This document shows, piece by piece, positions 41,103 to 52,807 of a stretch of 64,000 nt of DNA. A model generated the notes under the pieces. It did not search any database, had not been told where the DNA came from, and was given only the letters and a program-made list of their open reading frames with translations. The position numbers and the translations under genes are program-made. The first letter of the stretch is position 1. Each line of letters begins with the position of its first letter. Location of the stretch: NCBI GenBank assembly GCA_965261545.1, contig CBDHDF010000011.1, positions 832,001-896,000 on the forward strand. Reading direction: 5' to 3'. Source of the DNA: Bdellovibrionales bacterium (GTDB lineage: Bacteria > Bdellovibrionota > Bdellovibrionia > Bdellovibrionales > UBA1609).

Positions 41103-43305
41103 ACCCTGTGGCGTGCCCTTTGTGCGAGGTTTTTCCTTTCCGTTGTGACTCATGGGAGCTTCCAGCCACCTTTTGATGTATAAAAGAACCCATTTATCTT
41201 GGATGTGAAACTCCACCGCTTTTAAGAGCAAACTCCAGGAAATATTATCGAATAATCCTTTGATGTCAAATTCTAGGACCCATGAATATTTCCAGCATCT
41301 CTCTCGCACCTTTCCCACAGCATCGTGTGCTGACTTATTGGGACGGTATCCGTAAGAGTTTGGATGAAACAAAGGCTCTAGCTTTGGCTCAATAAATCGT
41401 CTGACCACCGTTTGCGCAACTCGGTCTCCCACTGTGGGAATTCCAAGCATTCGCACTCCGCCATCTTTCTTTGGTATGGGCACCGCTTTCACTGCGGGAG
41501 GGAAGTAACTTCCTGAAGCCATTTGATTCCAGATTTTATAGAGATTGTTTCTCAAATCCTGACCAAAATCATCCAAGCTGACTCCATCCACTCCACCAGC
41601 TCCACCGTTGTCCCGTACCTCCAAATAGGCGTACTTCACCATGTTCTTTGCAATGCCCTCAAAGGGCTTTGTTTTAGGTTGTGTAGACTCTATGCTTACC
41701 TCCTTTTTCAGTTTCTGCATCTAACCTACGTTTAGAATGTGCCCCCTTCGCCCTACACCTATTACAGTGTAGCTTTGCTACTACGAGACACTCTGCCCCA
41801 CCATCTGGCATCGGCATTTGAGTCTTGTGGATTACCGCCCACTCGAACTCCTACCTTAACATCCAGAGGATGGTTCCCAAGTTTCCTGAAAGAGCCTAAG
41901 CAAGATTCTTGTCACCTCAGTACCGGAGATCGCCCAACCAGTAAACAGGTTGCCGCTGGGCTTATCGTAGAGTGATACATTCTCTAGTTTCGACCTCAGT
42001 ATTAACTTTTCGATATGTCATCAGTGATTCTTTTGCAATCAACTCTCTTGCTCGTACCTGATGGTTTATACCACCTTTTCCTCACCCCCGATGGGCGGAT
42101 CAAAACCATCCATTTGTGGGCTAACAAAACCATCCATTTAAAAACTTAATATCTGACAAGGCGTATTATAGAATACTTCCTAGAAAACAACCTGGGAGGG
42201 AAGGATGAACGTCTTGAATAAACAAAAACAAGAAGAGATATTAACATTAATTATAGCAGGTCGCTCCTTTCGTGAAATAGCGAAAAGGCTACATGTCAGT
42301 CGATTTACAGTTTCAGAATATGCTAAAGCCCATAGTGTCATTGCGAAAAAAGGGCGCACAGGAGGTGTGGAGCCAAAGTCTCTACCTTTTTCAGGTCCCC
42401 CTGAAGCAGAACCATCATCTTCAGGGTCCCTTGAGGTTTGCTCTGTAGAGTCTTCAAGTGCTTCTGTAATCCAGATCCAAGAGCCCGATGAAGTTTCGGT
42501 TTCCTCTACAGAGGCCAATCAGCGGACACTCCTTGGGGAATCAGGCCTAACACCAGTAGAATCTCATTCAGCACCCCCTGTGGAGCCATGCTCAACTTCT
42601 TTGGCCGTGTCTGATTTGGTTAGCATGGGCCCCAGTGTTTGCCAAAAGCCCCCATCTCCAACCACCACCATGGTGGAAACGAATTTAGCTGCTCCTACAG
42701 AAACTGGATCCACCGACTGTGTAGCTCATTTAATCGAACGAGACAAGCCAGTTCCACCCTCACCTATGGATACAAAGCAGGCTTTTGCCAATGAAAAGCC
42801 ACCTACTCTTTCTTCTTCGGAATTAGGTTTTGTTGTCCCCATGGAAGTAACAAAACCCTTTGAGACAGCACCACCTGAATTGAAAAAGTCTCTTACTGAC
42901 CAGGCTTCCCCAAAGCACCCTCAACGATCTTCCTACCATCAGTCGGCTTGTGAGCCCCACAGGGTTTGGATTGAAAATCAGGCTTTGGATTTAGAGCGCA
43001 ATCGAATGGCCATCTACCAAGATTTGGTGGAGAAATTTGGTTTTTCTCACTCCTAACACAGCGTGAAAAAATTTGTAAGGAAGCTGAAGAAGAGTACCCC
43101 CAAACGCTATGATCGCTTGGATTTTCCCCCGGAGAGGAAGCCCAAGTGGATTATGGCCAAGGGGCTCTGACTATTCACCCCCGGACAGGCAAATATAGGC
43201 GGCCTCGCCTTTTTGTGATGACCCTCAAGTACTCTCGTGCCTCTTTTCGCAAGGTTGTTTGGAAGTCCAGCCAAGAGACGTGGAGCAGACTCCATGAGGA
43301 GGCTT

Positions 43306-43899
43306 CCTGAAATCCCTAAAAGTTGTAACTAGGTTTAATGTATTGCGTTAACTCTCTTTTCCTATGGAATTGGCTACTATCAACGGTTTGAGAGGTTTAA
43401 TAGTATTAATATATTTAATATGACTCATAAAAATCTTCTTCGAAAGGTCCTTCGTTCCCATTGGATCGACAATATAAATTAGGCATAGTGGTAGCCTGCT
43501 TCTCTTCCTTGTCCCAAAAGCTTTTAACTTTATAGAGATAGGTTTTTCTTCAGTAACCCTCTCCAAAATTAGTTTCAGCTCCTATAGCCTGTTTCATGTG
43601 TTCTTGGGAAAGATATATCGCAGATTTTTCCTCTATTTGAAACAATTTTGAGAGATATTTCTTTCATTAAGATTATTATAAGAGTACACAGTTTAAAATA
43701 GCAGTGCCAAGTTTCAAAACGAATCTCGGCAAGAACTACTGGTTTTTTCCTTATTTTTTTGCTCAAAAGTGTATGACATCGTTAATATTGTAACTATGCT
43801 TTTGAAGAGATGAAAATCTCTTAATCAAAGTGAAGGCCTTCTCAGACAATAATCAGGACTTAAGTCCTATACCTAGTTACAACTTTTAGGGATTTCAGG
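43306..43899 (-). mobile_element. Non-autonomous (MITE-like) derivative of the IS1634 element
   Basis: Same IRs as 7747-9645 around a scrambled interior; TSD GAGGCTT at 43299-43305 and 43900-43906. Confidence 0.88.
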
Positions 43900-46608
43900 G
43901 AGGCTTTTCATTATTTTTTGGGCTGCCCCTCAATATGTCGTCTTAGACAATCTCAAGGAAGGTGTTATTAAGCCAGATATCTATGAGCCAACGCTGAACG
44001 CCGTTTATGGCGCTGTACTGACTCACTACGGGGTCGTTGCTGACCCGGCAAGAGTTCGTGATCCTGATAGGAAAGGAACCGTTGAGCACGCCATTCACCA
44101 CACCCAAGACACAGCACTGAAGGGTCGTTCATTTAAAACCATTGAGGAGCAAAATGAGTGGCTCATGCACTGGGAGCACACTTGGGCTCGCCCTCGAGTC
44201 CATGGTTTGCACCAAGCGGGTCGTTTCTGAGATGTTTGAAGAAGAGAGCCCCTTTCTCAAAAAGCTCCCCCAAAAGAAATTTGATTTTTTTAAACAAGAG
44301 ATACGAACAGTTGCAGACGATGGGCTCATTCAAGTTGGAAACAGTTACTATTGCGCCTACCCTTCTGATCTAAAGAGCCAAGTCATTGTGCGTATTTATG
44401 ATAAAGACATAGAGATTATGGACCCTGCCACGATGAGTGTGATCCGCCGCCACCAAAAAGCCACTCTCCCGGGGAGTCTCTCTTTGCTAGACAAAGATCG
44501 TGTTTATAATCCATTGTTAGGCGCCAATTAAAATTGGCCATTTTTAGAAGCCGTCGCCAATGAAAAACGGCCAGTTGATGATGTACTGATTTAGTTATTC
44601 TTCGTTCAGAGTTTAGTCAAGTGTCTTTATTTTGCTCATCATTTAACTCGGACTATGCCACAAGATTCTGAGGAATGATTTTCTGCCCACCACTTTTGGC
44701 ATGACCCCAAATGCATCCTTCAGCCCTATGGCAGAGGTAAATGGAGTATTTTTCAGGATTCCTTGGCGCAGCTAATGTCTAAAGCTCCGCGAGAGTGACG
44801 AGCAAATAGTACGGTAAAAGCCAGTTATCCATAAATTTATCCATGGCGACACTGCGGCTGTGACCCCGATGTCTAGCAACGCAGTGCTGCTGTGGATAAA
44901 TTTTGTGGATAACTGGCGAGTTCCTTCCCCAAAAGTGGGGATCTCTAATGAACTTCTTTGGTTGAACTTTCCTCTTTGCTCTGTTTAGACTTGGCTTTTG
45001 CCGATTCGGTTCTCCAACTTTCTTTTCCTTCAATGTTGAGGGTTTCACAGTTGTGAATAATTCGATCAACAGCAGCAGCGGTGGTAATAGGGTTAAGAAA
45101 CACCTTATCCCATTCAGAGTAAGTTAAGTTTGTAGTGATCATGAGACTTTTCCTTTCATATCGCTGAGATATGAATTGAAAGAAAAGATCTGCCCCCTCT
45201 GTGCAGGAAGCTGTATAGCCAAGTTCATCACAAGCAATAAGATCAAAACGGTCTAATTTCTTAAAAAGAGCATTCAATGAGAGTTCTTTCTTGCTTTCAC
45301 GCATTGTTTCAATAAGTTCATGAGTGGTGACCCATAAACATCGATAGCCTTGTTCACAGAGTGAACGAACTAGGGACATGGCCAAATGACTTTTCCCCAT
45401 TCCAAAGCTTCCGTAAAACACAACATTACAGGCTTTTCTGACCCACTCTCCCTCTGCCATCCAATTAATTTGCTGAGCTGTCACTCCCGTTCTTTTCTGG
45501 AAGTTATAAGTTTGGAGTGATTTAAGTTGAGGAAGCTTGGCCCCCTTAAGCAATCTTTTCACTCTCTGGGAATGCTTGTCAGCAAGCTCATTTTGAACGA
45601 GTATACCTAAATAGTTCCTGTCCAGGGAAGAAAGTTAAGTAGTTTTAAGTATTTACATGCCTTCCCTTTAGATTTTATGCTTTAAAATGGAGTCCATCAA
45701 ACATAATCCGTGTAAATTCAGTTACTTACATAAAACGGAAAAATAAAATAAGTTCCCCCCCCCTCTCTTGACGAACCTTTCACAGCCCCTCCCTTTCAGT
45801 GACTTATGTGGCTATCAACTGGTTACTTGATATGAGAGGAAGAGTTGGATCAACCTGTGTTTCCACCGTGGTGATTTCAAACCTCCTTCAGGGAAATAAC
45901 ATTACGTTGCGCATCAACTTCAAAAAATACTTGACGTGTTTTTTCAGAGAAATAATTTTTGATATTTTATTCTTCATTTATTTTTTATGTAGGTTTTAGG
46001 AGGCGTGGGAACCTCTCTATGAGGTAGAATTCTTATCCATGTTCTCCGAGAACCTCTCTGATTTTTTTCTTCTTAAAAGACATCCTTGCTCACTTTTTTC
46101 CCTCAAAAAAACGTATGTTAATATAAAAATTAAAGAGAAACTTTCACCAAAGGGGGGACTATGCGCCATTTGAAGAAGACACAGTTGGGACTCTTTTCCC
46201 AATATCCTAACCACCAACTCAGTACAGAATTGCAGCAAATTAATAACATCATTGATCGCCATCCAGAGTTTGCCCATATGGTTCATGAAGACCTTGTTAA
46301 AGAAAAGAAAGATTCTGGTGATATTGGTATGACATCGGAGCAAGTTCTCAAGGTGGCTATTCTTAAATCCATAAGAGGTCTTTCCTATCGTGCGTTAGCC
46401 TTTAATCTTGTCGATTCAGTATCCACCAGAGCTTTTCTGGGCCTTGAATTGGAAGAAAATTACGCTCACTCCACCTTACAGGACTTGATTGTTCAAATAA
46501 GTGAAGAAACTTGGGGAATTATTAGCGCCTCTTTAGTTTCAGATGCAAGAGATCAAAAGATTGAGCCGTGTAAGAAAATGAGATTGGACAGTACAGTGAC
46601 GAAATCAA

Positions 46609-46971
46609 ACGAGTCCATTACTTAATACCCCCGTCAACGACAGAGGTTTTAGAGAGCTAAGGGTCACGGACCCCTCCCATCCCCTTTATAGGAAGTCATT
46701 CAAGGTGATTTCCATACCTAAAAATCAGAAAAAATCTACTTTTGCTTTTGTTCAATACAAGAACCACATGACGCTACGCATACCATTGGCTTCTACCAAT
46801 CTGAACCCCAATCTCTACGATAGGCAGGCCCCAAGCAAACTTGGTATAGTTGCAATTCAGGAGCTAATTTCACTGACTCAACAACTGGAAGAGCAACTAT
46901 GTCAATTACACCAAAAGATGTCTGGCCAAGACTGCCAAAAGAAATTCAAAAGCAAGTCATCAAAGACTTAA
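46609..46971 (+). CDS. Accessory ORF whose start is displaced in the integrated state (VTDPSHPL motif, recalled as DUF5372/Y4bD-like)
   Basis: Frame open from the left junction; in-frame ATG and purine-rich RBS lie at the right end (49041-49056). Confidence 0.6.
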   Translation, partial: TSPLLNTPVNDRGFRELRVTDPSHPLYRKSFKVISIPKNQKKSTFAFVQYKNHMTLRIPLASTNLNPNLYDRQAPSKLGIVAIQELISLTQQLEEQLCQLHQKMSGQDCQKKFKSKSSKT

Positions 46972-47135
46972 CTTTAGCCATTGAGGAGATTATATATGAA
47001 AACATCGGAATTGATTACACCTATTCACTTAAAGAGAAAAGCCATAATATACATCAGACAGTCGACCCCTCAGCAAGCCATCAAAAACAAAGAAAGTCTC
47101 GACCTTCAATACTCACTCAGGCAAAGAGCTACTGA
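46899..47135 (+). CDS. Small ORF overlapping the LSR2 start; possible accessory protein
   Basis: Coupled position between the upstream ORF and the LSR. Confidence 0.4.
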   Translation: MSITPKDVWPRLPKEIQKQVIKDLTLAIEEIIYENIGIDYTYSLKEKSHNIHQTVDPSASHQKQRKSRPSILTQAKSY

Positions 47136-49041
47136 ATTAGGTTGGCAAGAAGATAGTATTGAAATTGTCGATGATGATTTGGGGATCACAGGAAGTAGTA
47201 TACAGTTTAGAGAAGGCTTCAAGAATATCCTTGCAGAAGTGACCTTGGAAAAAATTGGTATTATTCTATCGTACGATGTCACTCGTCTATCTAGAAACTG
47301 TACGGACTGGTACCAATTACTTGATCTGTGTGCTTTTAAGAATTGCCTCATTGCTGATAGAGAGTCTATTTATAACCCTTCTAATGTTAATGGAAGAATG
47401 TTACTCGGGTTTAAAGGTCAACTCTCAGAAATGGAATTATTTACGATACGCAATAGATTAACAGCAGGTCTTCTCAACAAAGCCAAGCGAGGAGATTTAG
47501 CTCTTAAATTACCAGTTGGTTTTATTCGAACAGAACAAGGTAAAGTGCTAAAAGATCCAAATAAAGATTTACAAGATCGCATAAATTTAGTATTTACTAT
47601 ATTCTTAAAACTGAAATCAGCCGGTAAGGTGTCGCGATTTTTTAACGATAACAACCTCTTACTTCCAAGAGTTGATTTTGTAAAAAGTATTCATTGGAAA
47701 AAAACATCCAAGGCAGCCATACTTTCTATTTTGAAGAATCCAGCTTATAGCGGAACTTTTGTATATGGCAAAGCTGAATACCGTAGAAAAGACTTAGCTG
47801 GAAAACTTAAGCGTACAAAGCTTCCACTTAATGAATGGAAAATTGTTGTGAAAGATAAATATCCTAAATATATCGATTGGAATACATTCTTAAAGATACA
47901 AGAAATTCTAAAAGACAACTACACTGAATATACTCGTAATAAAACAAGAGGCATACCTCGCCCTGGTAAGGCCCTCTTACATGGGATAGTCTATTGTGGA
48001 GAATGTGGCCACAAAATGTCAGTGCAGTATAAAACAGCAACTCGATACTTATGCAACTATCTACGCCAACAACATCGGGAACCTACTTGCCAATTCATTC
48101 CTACAGATCCAATCGATGATTATGTAGTAAACGCTTTTTTTAAGGTTCTTTCCCCTGTCGAGCTAGACTTGTATGCCAAGGCTTTAGAAAATAAGTCAAA
48201 AATTGACCAAGAGGTTTACAAATCACACATTCAGCAAATTCAGCGTTTAAGGTATGAAGCTCAACTGGTAGAAAAGAGGTATCGCAAAGTAGACCCTGAG
48301 AATAGACTTGTTGCAGATGAATTAGAAACACAATGGGAAGAGGCTTTAGTAATACTTAAAAAAGCCGAAGATCACCTAGAGAGGGTTAAGAATGAACAGC
48401 GTATTCCAACTGTGATCTCTCAAAAAATGAAAAGAGAATTTTCAGATTTGAATCAAAAACTACCTTCGCTATGGGAGGATAAGATATTGACCAAAGACAT
48501 GAAAAAGAAAATTCTTAGAACATTGGTTGAAAAGGTTGTCATTCACAGAAAGAAAAGAGATATGGTTGCACTGAGAATTGTTTGGATTGGAGGAGATACA
48601 ACAGAAGCTAGCATTCCAATCAAAGTTGGATCTTTTGATGAACTGTCATCTTCTGAAACGATAAAGAAAATAATTGCGCATCAGGTCAAGCTTGGGGTGT
48701 CTGATGAAGATATTGCCAAACTATTGACCCAAAAAGGATTCAGATCACCAATGGATACCACTTTTCTCAGAAATACTGTGAAGTCCTATAGACTAAACAA
48801 TAAAATCTATCGGAATCGAAAGCACTCTTTTCCGACCAAAGTCGAGGGAAGCCTCACAACATCTCAAATTGCAGCACTTATTGATGTTAAAGTTCATTGG
48901 ATTTATCACCATATTAAACAAGGGAGGATCATTGTCAAAAAACACGAGAAAACAAAGGCTTATCTCTTTCCAGATAAGAAAAAAACCATATCTGACTTTA
49001 AAAAACTTAAGTCCGGATCAATTAAAAAGCTACGTTACTAA
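46996..49041 (+). CDS. Large serine recombinase (about 681 aa) with C-terminal HTH-like extension
   Basis: YIRQST, DDDLG, VTRLSRN, LPVGF, ILKNPAY and CGECG...YLC motifs; RBS GAGGAG at 46983. Confidence 0.92.
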   Translation: MKTSELITPIHLKRKAIIYIRQSTPQQAIKNKESLDLQYSLRQRATELGWQEDSIEIVDDDLGITGSSIQFREGFKNILAEVTLEKIGIILSYDVTRLSRNCTDWYQLLDLCAFKNCLIADRESIYNPSNVNGRMLLGFKGQLSEMELFTIRNRLTAGLLNKAKRGDLALKLPVGFIRTEQGKVLKDPNKDLQDRINLVFTIFLKLKSAGKVSRFFNDNNLLLPRVDFVKSIHWKKTSKAAILSILKNPAYSGTFVYGKAEYRRKDLAGKLKRTKLPLNEWKIVVKDKYPKYIDWNTFLKIQEILKDNYTEYTRNKTRGIPRPGKALLHGIVYCGECGHKMSVQYKTATRYLCNYLRQQHREPTCQFIPTDPIDDYVVNAFFKVLSPVELDLYAKALENKSKIDQEVYKSHIQQIQRLRYEAQLVEKRYRKVDPENRLVADELETQWEEALVILKKAEDHLERVKNEQRIPTVISQKMKREFSDLNQKLPSLWEDKILTKDMKKKILRTLVEKVVIHRKKRDMVALRIVWIGGDTTEASIPIKVGSFDELSSSETIKKIIAHQVKLGVSDEDIAKLLTQKGFRSPMDTTFLRNTVKSYRLNNKIYRNRKHSFPTKVEGSLTTSQIAALIDVKVHWIYHHIKQGRIIVKKHEKTKAYLFPDKKKTISDFKKLKSGSIKKLRY

Positions 49042-50335
49042 GGGGGTATCAACATGAGTGATCAAATATTCATCATCCAACGGATGCATCGCTTTTATAT
49101 GACTGCATAAGAGTTACAGAAAGAGAATTTAAAAAAGTTCGTAAAAATGTCATGAAAGATTTTTGGCGACTTATTTCAAGAGAAGATCTTAAGAGAGCAA
49201 AAACCTTGCTTTACAAAATTAATAATTCCAAAAATGATGCGGAAAGACTACCTTGCTATAAGGAGCTTTTAAAAATCGCTACCAAATTGAACAAAGGATT
49301 ACCTGATACCATCAGAAAGATAAAAAAAGAACAAAAATGTGTGAAGATGAATGCTTTGAAAAAGAGTCTAAAACAGTTAGAAAATGTTGCCTTCTACCTG
49401 GAAAAAATCATCTTTCAAACTCAAAAAAGAGTTATTGAGGGGAAAAAAGTATCTTCTGAAAAAAAGGTCCTATCCATCTTTGAACCGCATACAGACATTA
49501 TTGTAAAGGGGCAAAGAGAAGTCGAGTTTGGGCATAAAATCTTTCTGACCTCAGGGCAAAGCAACATGATTTTAGATTGTCAGATCCCTGATGGCAACCC
49601 CGCAGACTCTGATATGTTTTTAAAAGTTATGAATTCAGTGACACAAACCTATGGGGCTTGCCCTGTAAAAGTAAGTGCAGATGGTGGGTTTGCTTCAAAA
49701 GAAAATCTTGAAGAGGCCAAAGAGATGGGGGCTAAAGATGTTTGCTTCCCAGAAAAAAAAGGAATGAAAATATTAAAGATGGTTAAAAGTGCTTGGGTCT
49801 TTAAAAATCTTCTCAATTGGAGAGCCGGAATAGAGGCTGTTATTTCATTCCTTAAGAGATGTTTTGGTATGAGAGTTGCTTACTGGAAAGGGCATGATGG
49901 TTTTAAGAGGTATGTAAAGAATGCCGTTTGTGCCTATAATTTTGTTGTCTTGGCAAGACATGAATTATCAACTGTCACCTAAATTTATCCATTAGGAATA
50001 ACAGCAATGGACCAGGTCGAAGGTGCTAAAATCTTCCAAAGGTAGGGGTGCGTCTTCAAATCGAAAAAACTAGGGCGCAAGTCGCTTAAAGACCTTTTTC
50101 CCCTTAATCTGTAGAGTTTGTGTGGCAAATCTCCAACTCTCACTCCCCCATTGAGGCATTGGGAGGCTCAATGGGGAGTGTCAGAGAACAAAAAATGGGC
50201 CTTTCTGGACAGAAACTAAATACTGTTCATACGTCTTTTTTGTTTTTTCGGCAACTCTAGCCGTTGCAACATATTCATCCGCCATCGCTGGAAGTCGGAG
50301 TTTTTTAAGAGAACCTATAAGTTCTTCGTGATTCA

Positions 50336-51802
50336 TTAAGAACCTCCTATGTTTGGAACAAGACTGTCATATTGAGACAATCTAGGTTGAAGTGGTTTTT
50401 GTTGGTCATTCAAATTAATTTTGGTGGGATTGCCTAAGAGCAAATCTTTTATGGATTTAAAGTCGAAAATCTCACGACTTTCTAATTGAAGCTCCATGGC
50501 TGTAGATAAGTCCTGCCAACTCACATGCTGAATCAAGTTGATAACTCTTAAATATTCATGCTCGGCACGGCTTGAATCTTGTTGCTTGAGGTATTGATAA
50601 AAATTTTCAAACACATTTGTTGGAAAAAGAATGGATCGGTGAGCCCATCTTACCATGGCTTGCGGCTTACGAACTAAAGAAGGAAGGATATGTTCAAGAA
50701 GAAGACTATGCTCCCCATCAGGTTTTCTTTGATGGCGAGCGACAATCTCTTGCTTCCCTCCTGCACGATAGATCGTGACATGATAGGGACCCTGTACGGT
50801 TTTACAGGGAGCTTGGATCACCTCATCAGGTATGGAATATGTGGTTTTACCTATTCTCAAAGTCCCATAACCATTACTTTGACAAATATTCACCTTACAG
50901 AGAATATCTTCATCTCGTGGAGGCAAAGGCTTAAGAACTTTGGCCTCCTCCTCAAAGCGAGATTTGGTGGAGTCACTCTGATGCTGATCCATATAAGACT
51001 CTAAAAACTGATTCAAATGATCCCAGTCTTTAAAAACAATTCCTTTGTTTCTAACAATATTTTTTATCCGAGAACTGAAGGTTCGAATATCACGCTCCAC
51101 ATCTCCCTTGTCAGAGCCCTTCCCTGCGCGGCAGGGAAGAACCTTAAATCCATAGTATTGGATGGCTCGATCAAAAGATTGGGTGTAAATTCGCTGATTT
51201 CCTTTAAGAACTTTCTTCACACAGGGAGATAAATTATCAATACGGATGTTCGCACTCATCCCACCTATCTTTTCAAAAAAAGCATGCACCCCATCGATGA
51301 AACACTCATAGACAAGAAAGGGGTAGGCACGAACCCAACAGGTGCCACTACAAGGCAATGTTCCAAAATGGAGATGAACGATCTGAACACCATCGGCAAA
51401 TGGTAAAGCAACCTTCTCCTTAAAATCAAACTGAGCCTGTTCTCCAGGATCATATCTTTGGCTGAAAAAACGCTCCTTGGGGCGAGAACCAAGAATCTCA
51501 CAAACTCTTCTCTGAACCGTTCTCTCACTCCCACGATAACCCTCCTCAACTAATAGCTCATATATTTCACGGGCGGTGTTACTTGGGTTCAACTTCAAAA
51601 AGTACTTCACCCGATCCATATATCCATTAAGGGGATCTGGGCGAGTTCTTTTGGACCTCGCCTTGTACTTCGGTGGGGTGTTGGACTCACAGTACTTGCG
51701 CACCGTCTTACGATTGATCCCTAATTCACGAGATATTTCTGTCTTATTTTTACCACTGTGACTCAGGTCACGAATGCGGCCGAAAGTGTATTGACTAATC
51801 AT
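50336..51802 (-). CDS. istA: IS21-A IstA (intact)
   Basis: Same protein as 21613-23079. Confidence 0.9.
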   Translation of the reverse strand: MISQYTFGRIRDLSHSGKNKTEISRELGINRKTVRKYCESNTPPKYKARSKRTRPDPLNGYMDRVKYFLKLNPSNTAREIYELLVEEGYRGSERTVQRRVCEILGSRPKERFFSQRYDPGEQAQFDFKEKVALPFADGVQIVHLHFGTLPCSGTCWVRAYPFLVYECFIDGVHAFFEKIGGMSANIRIDNLSPCVKKVLKGNQRIYTQSFDRAIQYYGFKVLPCRAGKGSDKGDVERDIRTFSSRIKNIVRNKGIVFKDWDHLNQFLESYMDQHQSDSTKSRFEEEAKVLKPLPPRDEDILCKVNICQSNGYGTLRIGKTTYSIPDEVIQAPCKTVQGPYHVTIYRAGGKQEIVARHQRKPDGEHSLLLEHILPSLVRKPQAMVRWAHRSILFPTNVFENFYQYLKQQDSSRAEHEYLRVINLIQHVSWQDLSTAMELQLESREIFDFKSIKDLLLGNPTKINLNDQQKPLQPRLSQYDSLVPNIGGS

Positions 51803-52807
51803 AAGATCCTCCTCATTGCTAACCTTTTGAGTTGCAAGAGGGAGGGACTCTGTGAGCTTAGTATCTATATCAGAAGAAGAGACTTCATTGTCTAGTATTT
51901 GAACACTCCCTGAAGATTGGTCACTTTTCATTGGCGACAACCTCCATATTGAAAGTGGGACATTTTAATTGGCGACGGCTTTAAGGGAAGCCTGTCTTCA
52001 GAAAGAAATTCCATGAAAATTGAGGCAAATGTTGGAATCTTGTGGAATTTAAATACTTTAGAAAATGGGCACAGCCTAAACAGGCTTTTCTTGACTATAT
52101 ATTTAACCTCATTGAAATCCAGAAACAGTCTACAAATGAGAAATATGGAACCTGAATAGGCTGTCATGGAAGGACTCTCCAACACGGAGCCCCTTTCCAG
52201 GTCGACAAGAACCCAAAAGGAGTTCTTATCAGCTCGGAGCCTTTTTATGAGTAATATCAATTGATTATATGCGTCTCGGTTGACAATGCCAAAAATCACC
52301 ATAGGTCCTCCTCTGAAAAGTGGCCACTTTTCATTGGCGACGGTGGGGCATTTTAATTGTCAGCTAACATCCATCTCGCCATGTAGAAAATATTTTAGCT
52401 GATGCGGGTCAGATTGGCCCTCAAACAAAAGCTTTTTGTCAGTCATTACTCAGGGTGGATGAGAGAGTTGGAAACAGGCAGATGCGTGGGGTGGTGTCCT
52501 TGGCTAAAAAATATCACTCTGATCTTATTGAAAAAGCAGCCATTCAGGCTGTGAGCAGAGGGGTCTTATCTCTTAGGGTCTTTAAAAGGCTTGTTGAGGA
52601 ACTACAGCCCCCTGTGGATGAGAAAAAGATGGAATCCCACCTCACCCAAGACCACGACATCATTCGACCACCATCCGAGTATGCCATCTACTGGGATTTA
52701 CATGCCAACAACGAAATCCACCACTCACCCTTACACCCTCATCCTAGCACCAACCTTACTTAATCCACCCCCCCCAACCCCTCTTCTAGAGGAAAGGAGC
52801 AATCACA

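Larger units (their letters stand above)
38503..41720 (-). pseudogene. ltrA: Group II intron reverse transcriptase/maturase, split by an LSR element and carrying an in-frame TAG
   Basis: GVDG, LGIPTVGDR, EFDIKGLFD, GTPQG, RYADD, FDFLG and LRGWYNYY motifs; TAG at 38842-38844; no endonuclease domain. Confidence 0.9.
38416..42081 (-). mobile_element. Group II intron (class D-like), 5'-truncated and interrupted
   Basis: Domain V GAGCCCCGTG-ACAT-GAGA-ATGT..GCGGGGATC and domain VI ending ACTCGAT at 38416-38490; structured non-coding leader 41721-42081 cut by IS21-B. Confidence 0.85.
46610..49066 (+). mobile_element. LSR element 2 (2457 bp)
   Basis: Shared ATCAAA at 46604-46609 and 49061-49066; sub-terminal inverted ATACCCCC/GGGGGTAT; removal restores the transposase frame. 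Confidence 0.88.
45614..50216 (+). mobile_element. ISNCY-type element, copy 4; transposase split by LSR element 2
   Basis: TSD TAAATA at 45608-45613 and 50217-50222; transposase halves at 46161-46609 and 49067-49982. Confidence 0.92.
44515..52369 (-). mobile_element. IS21-A copy 3; istB split by ISNCY copy 4
   Basis: TGTTAG...CTAACA ends; TSD TCCAT at 44510-44514 and 52370-52374. Confidence 0.92.
42205..52763 (+). pseudogene. istA: IS21-B istA in three segments (42205-43305, 43900-44514, 52370-52763)
   Basis: HTH, EAQVDY, VLDNLKEGV and RKGTVE motifs; premature stop at 43054-43056 and frameshifts. Confidence 0.8.

Noticed and set aside
38503..41720. RT next to a serine recombinase as a retron, DGR or new RT-recombinase system
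   Set aside because: The RT has group II intron domains V/VI and is simply interrupted by the LSR element.
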